A program made the position numbers and the translations under genes. Of a stretch of DNA of 64,000 nt, positions 19,206 to 27,523 are shown piece after piece. The notes under the pieces were generated by a model. It had not been told where the DNA came from. It ran no database searches and saw only the letters and a list, made by a program, of their open reading frames with translations. How positions within the stretch are numbered: the first letter of the stretch is position 1; each line of letters opens with the position of its first letter. This DNA is from an uncultured Candidatus Rokubacteria bacterium (GTDB taxonomy: Bacteria; Methylomirabilota; Methylomirabilia; Rokubacteriales; DASRDR01). The stretch covers positions 1,280,001 to 1,344,000 of the forward strand of contig CAWGVS010000005.1 of NCBI GenBank assembly GCA_963826115.1, written 5' to 3'.

Positions 19206-19467
19206 GTGCCCTTCCGTCGATCGACCGCGACCCCGCCTCGGCCGCGCGGGCGCCCGCCGACCGGACGACGCCGCACGCCCGCATGGTGCTCCCTGAGCTG
19301 GCTCCTCAACGGCGCGCGGATCACGCCGATCGTGGACCGGTCGAGCGTGGCCCTCCGTCCTGCTCCTCCTCTGGCCTCCCGCGGCCATCGCGTTCACAAT
19401 CCTGGCGTTCAACATCCTGGGGGACGGCCGCCGCGACCTGCTCGTCCCCCGGCTCCGCCGCGGCACG
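19206..19467 (+). pseudogene. Degenerate, internally deleted copy of the dppC-like permease (14946-15827)
   Basis: 19293-19352 reads LSWLLNGARITPIVDRSSVA versus LSRLLHGARITLVVGLSSVA; 19354-19467 matches 15711-15824 at 32/38 aa. Confidence 0.8.
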
Positions 19468-19513
19468 CGGGCCCCGGCGTCGGCGTCGAAATCACCACCC
19501 CGAGGAGGATCTC

Positions 19514-20338
19514 GTGAGCACTGTCGAGCGGCACTACACCCACGGGCGCCTGATCCGGGCCATCACCGAGGGGCTCGCCGCCCTGGGGAAGACGCCCGAC
19601 ACCGTCGCCGTCGACGACCTGGGGCCGGTGGACGAGTTCCACATCGGCGGGCGGACGGCGACCGACGGCCTGATGACGCAGCTCCACCTGGACAAGGGCC
19701 TCCACGTCCTGGACGTGGGAAGCGGCCTCGGCGGAGCGGCGCGCTTCGTCGCCAGCCGCTACGGCTGTCTCGTGACGGGGGTCGACCTCACCGAGGAGTA
19801 CGTCGAGACGGCCCGTACGCTCAGCCAGTGGACCCGGCTCGACGGGCGCCTGCGCTTCCACCACGGGAGCGCCCTCGAGATGCCGTTCGCCGACGCCGAG
19901 TTCGACCGGGCGTACATGCTCCACGTCGGCATGAACATCGCTGACAAGACGGCGCTCTTCGCGGAGGTGGCCCGCGTGCTGAAGCCGGACGCCATCTTCG
20001 CCGTCTACGACGTCATGCAGGTCGGCGACGGCATCCTGACCTTCCCCGTGCCGTGGGCGGCGACGCCGGACATCAGCGCGCTGGCGACGCCCGACGTCTA
20101 CAAGGCCGCGCTGCGGGCGAGCCGCTTCCAGCTCGAGGCCGAGCGCAACCGCCACGACCTGGCCGTCGAGTTCTTCAAGACGCTACGGGCCCGCATGGCC
20201 GGTGCCGGCGGCCCCCCGCCGCTCGGCCTCCACCTCGTCATGGGCTCGGACACCCCGACGAAGGTCGCCAACATGATGTCGAACATCGAGCGGGGCGTCA
20301 TCGCCCCCGTGGAGTTGATCGCCCGACGCGCCTCCTAG
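19514..20338 (+). CDS. Class I SAM-dependent methyltransferase
   Basis: GAGGAGG RBS before GTG; DEFHIGG, VLDVGSGLGG motif I, HVGMNI, RVLKP. Confidence 0.88.
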   Translation: MSTVERHYTHGRLIRAITEGLAALGKTPDTVAVDDLGPVDEFHIGGRTATDGLMTQLHLDKGLHVLDVGSGLGGAARFVASRYGCLVTGVDLTEEYVETARTLSQWTRLDGRLRFHHGSALEMPFADAEFDRAYMLHVGMNIADKTALFAEVARVLKPDAIFAVYDVMQVGDGILTFPVPWAATPDISALATPDVYKAALRASRFQLEAERNRHDLAVEFFKTLRARMAGAGGPPPLGLHLVMGSDTPTKVANMMSNIERGVIAPVELIARRAS

Positions 20339-20460
20339 CGGGCTCCGGAACACTCGGTGGCTGACGAGTGAACGGACGGCGCTCAACACGACACCGGCAG
20401 GTTGTACAGCGCCGCGGCCAGAGCCAGCCGCGCCGACGTCACGGCGACTTGGCCGCATTC

Positions 20461-20490
20461 TTGGCTGCACAGCATTCAATGTCCTATAAT
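20461..20490 (+). promoter_or_regulatory. Putative sigma70 promoter TTGGCT-N18-TATAAT for the glycosyltransferase genes
   Basis: Perfect TATAAT at 20485-20490 in an AT-rich intergenic stretch. Confidence 0.5.
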
Positions 20491-20564
20491 GCCGCCATGA
20501 TTCAGTCGGGAGGAGCGCTGATTCGACATCCTCGGGTGAGCCGTAGCTCATAGGCCACGCCGCG

Positions 20565-21791
20565 ATGGCGTCGTCCGCCGACTTTCCCGCATCGTCGTCC
20601 GTCCCACTCCAGGCGATTGGGACGTCCCCCTCCTCCCCTATCCGCGAGAACCAAGACACCCTGCTCGTGTCGGTGGTCATGCCGTGTCTCAACGAGGCGG
20701 GCGCCGTGGGCCAGTGCGTCCAAACGGCCCTGCAGACGCTGAAGGACATGAACACGGCGGGTGAGGTCCTCGTCGTCGACAACGGCTCGAGCGACGGCTC
20801 TGCGGAGATCGCTGGCCGGGCGGGGGCGAGAGTCATTCACGAGCGGCGTCGGGGCTACGGGGCCGCCTACCTGCGCGGATTCCAGGAAGCGCGGGGGACG
20901 TATCTCGTCATGGGGGATTCCGACGGGAGCTACGAGTTCACGGACATCCCCCGCTTCATCGAGCCGCTCGCGCGGAACGACTACGACATGGTGATTGGCA
21001 CACGGCTCAAGGGCAACATCCTGCCGGGCGCGATGCCGTGGTCCCATCGGTGGATCGGGAATCCCATCCTCTCCGGCATGCTGCGCCTGCTCTTCCACAC
21101 CCGTCTGTCGGATTCTCACTGCGGGATGCGGGCATTCACTCGGGACGCCTATCGGAAGCTACCGATGCGCGCGACCGGGATGGAGTTCGCGTCGGAGCTG
21201 GTCGTCAACGCGCTCCGCGCCCACCTGCGGATCCAAGAGATCCCAATCACGTATCGCCCGCGAGCCGGGGAGTCCAAGCTCGTCGGACTGAGGGACGCCT
21301 GGCGCCACGTGCGGTTCATGCTGCTGTACTCGCCTTCGTACCTGTTCCAGCTGCCGGGTCTGTGCCTGGTCCTGGCGGGCACCTTCCTGGTGGCCTCGCT
21401 CGCGGAAGGCCCACGCGCGCTCTTCGGGCGCCAGTGGGACTTCCACGTGCTTCTCTTCGGCGCCCTCATGCTGATCCTGGGTTACAACCTGGTCCTGTTC
21501 GACATCTTCGCGAAAACCTTCTCGATGGGAGCAGGCTTCGCCAGCACGACTCACTGGTTCCCCCGGCTGCTCCGATCGTTCAGTCTCGAGAAGGGCCTTG
21601 TCGCGGGATCTCTGCTCTTCCTGGCCGGACTCGGGCTCGAGGCCAAGATCGTGATCGACTGGGCGAGATCCGGGTACGGCGAGCTCATGGCCGTCCGCGG
21701 GATCGTGGTCGGCATGATTGCCATGGTCCTGGGCGCCCAGACGATCTTCGCGTCGTTTCTGACCAGCCTGCTCCTCATCCAGCGACGTTGA
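20565..21791 (+). CDS. GT2 glycosyltransferase, polyprenol-phosphate sugar synthase (DPM1-like) with C-terminal TM helices
   Basis: SVVMPCLNE, VDNGSSDGS, GYGAA, MGDSDGSY (DxD), DSHCGMR, GMEFASE. Confidence 0.88.
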   Translation: MASSADFPASSSVPLQAIGTSPSSPIRENQDTLLVSVVMPCLNEAGAVGQCVQTALQTLKDMNTAGEVLVVDNGSSDGSAEIAGRAGARVIHERRRGYGAAYLRGFQEARGTYLVMGDSDGSYEFTDIPRFIEPLARNDYDMVIGTRLKGNILPGAMPWSHRWIGNPILSGMLRLLFHTRLSDSHCGMRAFTRDAYRKLPMRATGMEFASELVVNALRAHLRIQEIPITYRPRAGESKLVGLRDAWRHVRFMLLYSPSYLFQLPGLCLVLAGTFLVASLAEGPRALFGRQWDFHVLLFGALMLILGYNLVLFDIFAKTFSMGAGFASTTHWFPRLLRSFSLEKGLVAGSLLFLAGLGLEAKIVIDWARSGYGELMAVRGIVVGMIAMVLGAQTIFASFLTSLLLIQRR

Positions 21792-21866
21792 CGGAGGGAT
21801 CTGATCGTTCCGCTGACGACAGCGGCTGCTCGAACTGAGTCCCTCCGAGGGCTACGGATCGGACTG

Positions 21867-23036
21867 GTGACCCACTACATGCCGCCTCACATCGGCGGCA
21901 TCGAGCTCCTGGGTGACACCCTCTTCGAGGCGTACGCCGCCGCGGGCGCCGAGGTTCGTTGGATTGCGAGTCGCGCGCCCAGCACAACTCGCCATCGAGA
22001 CGGTGGCCGGATACGTGTGTCGTGCTGGAATGGGTTCGAGCGCTGGCTTGGGGTGCCGTGGCCCGTGTGGGGGCCGTCGGGGGTCGTCGAGGTCGGCCGC
22101 CTCGTGAAGTGGGCCGATGTGATTCACGTTCACGATTGCCTCTACATCGGCAGCGCCGTCGCCGCGGTCACGGCGACGCGCCGCCATAAGCCGATCATCC
22201 TCTCGCAGCACATCGGCCTGGTCCAGTACAGCGCCAGGATGCTGACCACGATTCAGCGTCTCGCGTATCGCACACTGGGCAAGGCGGTGCTGAGGCGGGC
22301 AACTCGCATCGTGTGCTGTACGCCGACCGCCGCGAGCTTCCTCTCCGAACTGCTCGAGGAGGGCACCCGCCTCAACAGCATTCCAAACGGAATCGACACG
22401 GAGCGGTTCCACCCGGCATCGCCAGTCGAGCGACGCTCCGCCCGGCAGCGATTCGGTGTCCCAGAATCGGCTCAAGTCGTGCTTTTCGTCGGCCGCCTCG
22501 TGGAAAAGAAGGGAACCAGACTCTTCCTAGAAGTGGCACGCGCTCACCCACGGCTGCAGTTCCTGATGATAGGGGACGGGCCGCTCAGGGTGCCAACGAC
22601 CCAGACCAACGTGACATGGCTTCCCCGAGTGCCACCGACCGAAATGGTGGGTGCGTACCACGCAGCCGACGTTCTCCTGTTACCGTCGGAAGGCGAGGGA
22701 TTTCCGCTTGCGGTGGTCGAGGCGATGGCGGCCGGAGTGCCGGTCATCTGCTCCCGGGACGAGGAGTTCAGCCGGACGCTCGAGGGCAAGGGCGCAGTGT
22801 TCGCGGCAGAGCGTACGCCGCGGGCCCTGGCTGATGCGCTCACAAGCGCGCTCGAACCCCAGGGCCGCTCGGAGGCCGTTGCTCGGCGCGCCCGCGAGGT
22901 CGCCGTTCGGGAGTTCGGCCTGGACGCCATGGTCGCTCGATACCACTCCCTTCTCCTGAGCCTCGTCGGAGGAACCGAGAGCGGCGAGCGTCCGGGGCGG
23001 ACGTTGGGTCGCCAAGTTGACCACGGAGCGCGATGA
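21867..23036 (+). CDS. GT4 family glycosyltransferase; true start probably upstream (in-frame LRIGLV precedes this GTG, candidate CTG at 21801)
   Basis: IPNGID..RF, FVGRLVEKKG, EGFPLAVVEAMAAG (EX7E). Confidence 0.9.
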   Translation: MTHYMPPHIGGIELLGDTLFEAYAAAGAEVRWIASRAPSTTRHRDGGRIRVSCWNGFERWLGVPWPVWGPSGVVEVGRLVKWADVIHVHDCLYIGSAVAAVTATRRHKPIILSQHIGLVQYSARMLTTIQRLAYRTLGKAVLRRATRIVCCTPTAASFLSELLEEGTRLNSIPNGIDTERFHPASPVERRSARQRFGVPESAQVVLFVGRLVEKKGTRLFLEVARAHPRLQFLMIGDGPLRVPTTQTNVTWLPRVPPTEMVGAYHAADVLLLPSEGEGFPLAVVEAMAAGVPVICSRDEEFSRTLEGKGAVFAAERTPRALADALTSALEPQGRSEAVARRAREVAVREFGLDAMVARYHSLLLSLVGGTESGERPGRTLGRQVDHGAR

Positions 23037-23049
23037 CCGATCGGAGCAG

Positions 23050-23391
23050 GGCGAGCGGATCTCCCGAGTCGACGTTTCACGGCCTGATTCGGATCCCGCC
23101 GAACCCAGGATTTCGCGCCTTGATCCCGCGACCCGAGAACAAGAGTCCCGTAGCTGCTGGACCTCGAGTACCGAGGTCCGGGCGATCGCAGTGTTGCACA
23201 TCGACGGGGGCTGGCACGACAGTGTCGACCTCGATCATCTGGACGGCCGCGTGACTTCCGGCGGCGTGATTCAAGTCGATGACTATGGACTCTGGGGCTC
23301 GCAAGGCCGGGCACGAGCTCCTCAACCGTCGCTCCATCAACTCGTGTCTCCTTCGCCTCGAATACACCGGACGCACGCTATCAAGGTCTGA
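23050..23391 (+). pseudogene. Remnant of a TylF/MycF/NovP-like sugar O-methyltransferase
   Basis: Fragments in different frames: TFHGL; IAVLHIDGGWHDSV..RVTSGGVIQVDDYG.W; RKAGHELL..RLEYTGR. Confidence 0.6.
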
Positions 23392-23394
23392 GGC

Positions 23395-24996
23395 GTGACG
23401 ATTCTACCGTCCAATACCGTCCGCCCAGTTTCCTCCCCGTTGACGAGCGCGAGACAGTGGATGACTGCTCTCGGACTCTTCCTCGTGGTCTCGGCCGTGT
23501 ACGCCCTGTCAGGACCCGGTCGAATCGACATCATCGATGGTCAACTACGGTACGAGGTGGCCCTGAACCTGCTAAACGGTGGGCGCCCCGAGATTCGCGA
23601 CCCCGTCCTGCGCTTTGCCAGCCTGCCCGGGCGTGATGGGTCCGTCTATTCCTTCTACAACGCCGGCGCATCCCTCGCGGGGCTCCCACTACTCTGGCTC
23701 GGGCAGGTGGCACATCGCAACCAAGAGACGCCGCGATTCATGTTTTCCCTAACGTCGGCGCTCTTCGGTGGACTGGTGGCGGCGGCGCTGTATGTCTTCT
23801 ACCGAACCCTGGGCGTCGAAGGCGGTGCGGCGCTCGGATGGGTCGCTGTTAACGCCTTCGGAACGCTGATCTGGCCACTGGCCACCTCGACATTCGATCA
23901 GGCACAACACGCGGCCCTGATCCTGATCGCGGTCGGGCTCGGCCGTGGCAGCGCCAAGCGGGACTCGAAGTGGCTTGCGTTCGCCGCAGGTCTTCCGGCG
24001 GCCGCGCTACTGAACTATCAGGAGTCGTACGCGTTAGTGGTTCCGGCGCTCGCCCTGTCCACACTGGAATGGAATAGGGAGTCCGGCGTCGCGCGGGGCT
24101 CGTACGGCCGGTACGGTTGCTTTCTCGTGGCTGCGGGGCTCGGACTGGCCGGCTGGCTCGCGTTCAATGCGGTGCGATTCGGTAACCCAATGTTCTTCGT
24201 AGGCAAGCTACCCCGGGAGGGACACCCCGCTGGATCCCTCTTCGGAGACCCCGCCGCCGGATTCCTGAGCCTCTTGTTCAGTCCGGGCAAGAGCATTCTG
24301 CTCTACAGTCCAATTGTGGTCCTGGGCTTCCTGGGAGCACGAGCTCTGTGGAAAAAGGATCCCGTCCTCGTTCTCACCCTTGTAACGGTCAGCACCATCC
24401 ACCTCATGTTCGTCTCCGCCCTTCGGTTCTTCGGGAGCGACTGGGCCTGGGGACCCCGATATCTCGTGCCACTCCTCCCCTTGTGGGCGCTCGGATTCCC
24501 TTTCCTCAGGACGTCGACGATTCGCCGAAGCGTTTGCAGCGCGGTGGTGGGGCTCGGGATTCTCGTGCAGCTGTTGGCGCTGAGCGTGGACCACCAGCGG
24601 TTCTTCTTCGAACGCGGCCTACCGCCGTTCTTCTGGGCTACGGATGCGTGGTTTTACTTCCGAGAATCGGCGCTACTCGCGCGTCCGGGGGAGATCCTGG
24701 TGTCGTTGAGGGACGGCGTGCCTGAGGAGGCCCGGCGTTTCGCGCCGAGCCCGTATCCCGACGCATTGACCTACGCAATCGCCGGGCCATCTCGGCGCGG
24801 GCTCCCGCCCTCGTGGATGCGTCAATTCCAGGTGTTCTATCTGCCGAGACCCTGGCCGCTGTGGATGCGCGCCATCCGCGCCGATCACCGACCGGTTGCC
24901 TTGGGCCCGACCATCCTAGGCCTCGTCGCCGGTGGCACCGTTGGACTGGGTCTGATCTATTGCGGCCGTGACCGGGCTCCAACCCGAAGGCCGTAA
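23395..24996 (+). CDS. Polytopic membrane protein, putative GT-C glycosyltransferase
   Basis: Many TM helices; acidic loop IDIIDGQLRY; SPGKSILLYSP and WGPRYLVP motifs. Confidence 0.6.
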   Translation: MTILPSNTVRPVSSPLTSARQWMTALGLFLVVSAVYALSGPGRIDIIDGQLRYEVALNLLNGGRPEIRDPVLRFASLPGRDGSVYSFYNAGASLAGLPLLWLGQVAHRNQETPRFMFSLTSALFGGLVAAALYVFYRTLGVEGGAALGWVAVNAFGTLIWPLATSTFDQAQHAALILIAVGLGRGSAKRDSKWLAFAAGLPAAALLNYQESYALVVPALALSTLEWNRESGVARGSYGRYGCFLVAAGLGLAGWLAFNAVRFGNPMFFVGKLPREGHPAGSLFGDPAAGFLSLLFSPGKSILLYSPIVVLGFLGARALWKKDPVLVLTLVTVSTIHLMFVSALRFFGSDWAWGPRYLVPLLPLWALGFPFLRTSTIRRSVCSAVVGLGILVQLLALSVDHQRFFFERGLPPFFWATDAWFYFRESALLARPGEILVSLRDGVPEEARRFAPSPYPDALTYAIAGPSRRGLPPSWMRQFQVFYLPRPWPLWMRAIRADHRPVALGPTILGLVAGGTVGLGLIYCGRDRAPTRRP

Positions 24997-25063
24997 CGGA
25001 CCCCGGTAACAACGAGGGGTGTTCCGGACTCCGTGCTTCGGCTACTAGATTCCGTCCTTCTCC

Positions 25064-25774
25064 TCAGCGGCGAGGGCGCGCCAACAGCGTCACCACGTCG
25101 CCGCGCCGGGGCAAGTTGAACGTGTAGAGCCCATACAGGAGGCGTCCCACGAGGCGCGAGGTCGGCGTGGGCGCAGCCGAGGGCGGCCCACCGGGAAGCC
25201 ATTCGACCAGACTACGGTAGACCGGCGAGTAGAATGGAAAGCCCCAGCCAAAGAGATCGACGACCTCGAGGCCGACACGCTGCGCCTTGTCCCGCAACCC
25301 GTCGAACGTGTAGTTCCGCACGTGCCCGATACGCTTTTCGGAGGGACGCATCCGGCCACACATGCTGGTCACCAGCACCCACCGGTCAGCCATCTGCGCG
25401 ATGTGGGAAAGCGCGGAGACGTCGTCCATCAGGTGCTCGATGACCTGCAACGAGATGACCAGGTCGAAGCGCTCGGACAAGCACTGGCGCTCTATGTCCA
25501 GCTCAATCAGCCTCGCCGATGGCACCCGCTGCCGGGCCAGCGCGAGCGCCTCCCGGGAAATGTCCACCCCGGTCAGTGTCAGGCCGGGCAGCGCCGCCAG
25601 CGCACTCAAGTTGTCACCGGAGCCACAACCGACGTCGAGGATCGTGCGCACGTCCAGTCGACGGACCCGTGCCAACAGTGCGTCACGTTGATGACGATGC
25701 ACCGGGCCGCGACGCTGCAGCTCCCCCCACGTCTCACGCCAGAGGCGATCGTAGGTGTCGCGGACCTCGCTCAT
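25064..25774 (-). CDS. Class I SAM-dependent methyltransferase (glycan-cluster type)
   Basis: ILDVGCGSG, GVDIS, FDLVISLQVIEH, GHVRNY. Confidence 0.88.
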   Translation of the reverse strand: MSEVRDTYDRLWRETWGELQRRGPVHRHQRDALLARVRRLDVRTILDVGCGSGDNLSALAALPGLTLTGVDISREALALARQRVPSARLIELDIERQCLSERFDLVISLQVIEHLMDDVSALSHIAQMADRWVLVTSMCGRMRPSEKRIGHVRNYTFDGLRDKAQRVGLEVVDLFGWGFPFYSPVYRSLVEWLPGGPPSAAPTPTSRLVGRLLYGLYTFNLPRRGDVVTLLARPRR

Positions 25775-25878
25775 ATCATGGCCCTCTACGTACGCAAGCC
25801 ACGGCCCGAGATGCTCAGTCGATCATGCCGGCGCTCGGCCGCGATCGGGCTTGCGGTGACCCCGCGCCGCCCGCGGAA

Positions 25879-27523
25879 CTACGGCTGCACCGTCAGCAAC
25901 GTGCTACCGAGCAGACTGTACCCCGACGCCCCCGTCTGCAGATAGACCTGCACGGTGACCGGCCCCGCCGACAGCCCGGGCCAGTTGGCATTGCCCGGGA
26001 GCGCCGTCGCCGCCGTCGGGTACGGGACCGTCAGCGACGTCGCCGTCATCCCCGTGGCCCGCGCCTGCGCCAGGTATGTCCCGTTGCGCATGAAGTTCAC
26101 CACCGGCAGCCCGAAGCCCAGATTCGCGAAACCGCTCCCCGTGACGGTGAACGTCGCCGGCGGCGCCACCAGGTCGATCGAGCTCGGCGTGATGCCGCTC
26201 ACGCCCGGAGGCGGCCGTGTGTCGGTCACCGTGAGGGCGGCGCTGCCGAGCAAGCTGTACCCCGACGTCCCCGTCTGCAGAAACAGCTGCACGGTCACCG
26301 CCCCGGCGGACAGCCCCGGACCACTTGGGGTGAGGGTCGTCGCCACCGTCGGGAAGGGCACCGTCAGCGACGTCGCCGTCTCCGGCCGTGGCGCGCGCTT
26401 GCGCCAGCAGGGTCCCGTTGCGCATGAAGTTCGCGATCGGCAGTCCAAAGCCCTGGTTCGTGAAACCGCTGCCGGTGAGGGCAAACGTCACCGGCGGCGC
26501 CGCCAGGTTGATCGAACTCGGCGTGATGCCGGTCACGCCCGGAACCGGCCGTGTGTCAGCACCGTGAGGACGGCGCTCCCGAGCAAGCTGAAGCTGGACG
26601 CTCCCGTCTGCAGAAAGAGCTGCACGGTGACCGGCCCCGCGGACAGCCCGGAACAGTTGGGGTGCGGGATCGCTGTCACCGCGTCGGGTAAGGGCACCGT
26701 CAGCGACGTCACCGTCCCGGCCGTGGCCCGCGCTTGCGCCAGGTAGGGTCCCATTGCGCGTGAAGTTCACCATCGGCAGTCCGAAGCCCAGATTCGCGAA
26801 CCCACCCCGGTGACGGTGAACGTCACCGGCGGCGTCACCAGGTCGATCGAACTCGGCGTGATGCCGGTCACACCCGGAGCCGGCCGTGTGTCGGTCGACC
26901 GTGAGGGTGGCGCTCCCGAGGAGCTGAAGCTGGACGCTCCCGTCTGCAGATAGACCTGCACGGTGACCGCCCCGGCGGACAGCCCGACCACCTGGTGGTG
27001 AGGGTCGTCGCCGCCGTCGGGTAAGGGCACCGTCAGCGACGCGCCGTCCCGGCCGTGGCCCGCGCTTGCGCCAGCATGTGCCCCGTTGCGCGTGAAGTTC
27101 ACGATCGGCAGCCCAAAGCCCAGATTCGCGAAACCGCCGCCCGCGACGTGAAGGTCGCCGGCGGCGCCACCAGGTCGATCGCGCTCGGCGTGATGCCGGT
27201 CACGCCTGGAACCGCGTGTCGGTCACGGCGAGGACGCGCTCCCGAGCGAGCTGAAGCTGGACGCTCCCGTCTGCAGATAACACCTGCACGGTGACCGGCC
27301 CCGCGGACAGCCCCGGAACAGTTGGGGTGAGGGTCGTGGCCGCCGTCGGGTACGGGCACCGTCAGCGACGCCGCCGTCCCCCGTGGCCCGCGCTTGCGCC
27401 AGCAGGGTCCCGTTGCGCGATGAAGTTCACGATCGGCAGCCCAAAACCGAGGTTCGCGAAACACTCCCGGTGACGGTGAACGTCGTCGGTGGCGCCGCTA
27501 GGTCGACTGTACTCGGCGCAATG
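25879..27523 (-). repeat. Five tandem ~334-bp (~111 aa) Ig/IPT-like repeats forming the C-terminus of the S8 protease; multiple frameshifts in the inner units
   Basis: Unit anchors GGCCGTGTGTC at 26213, 26547, 26882 and a degenerate one at ~27211; consensus PGVTGITPSSIDL.APP.TFTVTGSGF.NLGFGLP..NF.RNGT.LAQARAT..SLTVP..GLSAG.VTVQ..LQTG.S..SLLGS..LTV. Confidence 0.9.

Noticed and set aside
16532-20338. 1268-aa ORF suggesting a giant methyltransferase
   Set aside because: Only 19514-20338, with its own GAGGAGG RBS, is protein-like; the rest overlaps the GT39-like gene out of frame
25879-27523. CRISPR array or diversity-generating retroelement
   Set aside because: Units are ~334-bp coding repeats without a repeat-spacer structure; no cas or reverse transcriptase gene in the window
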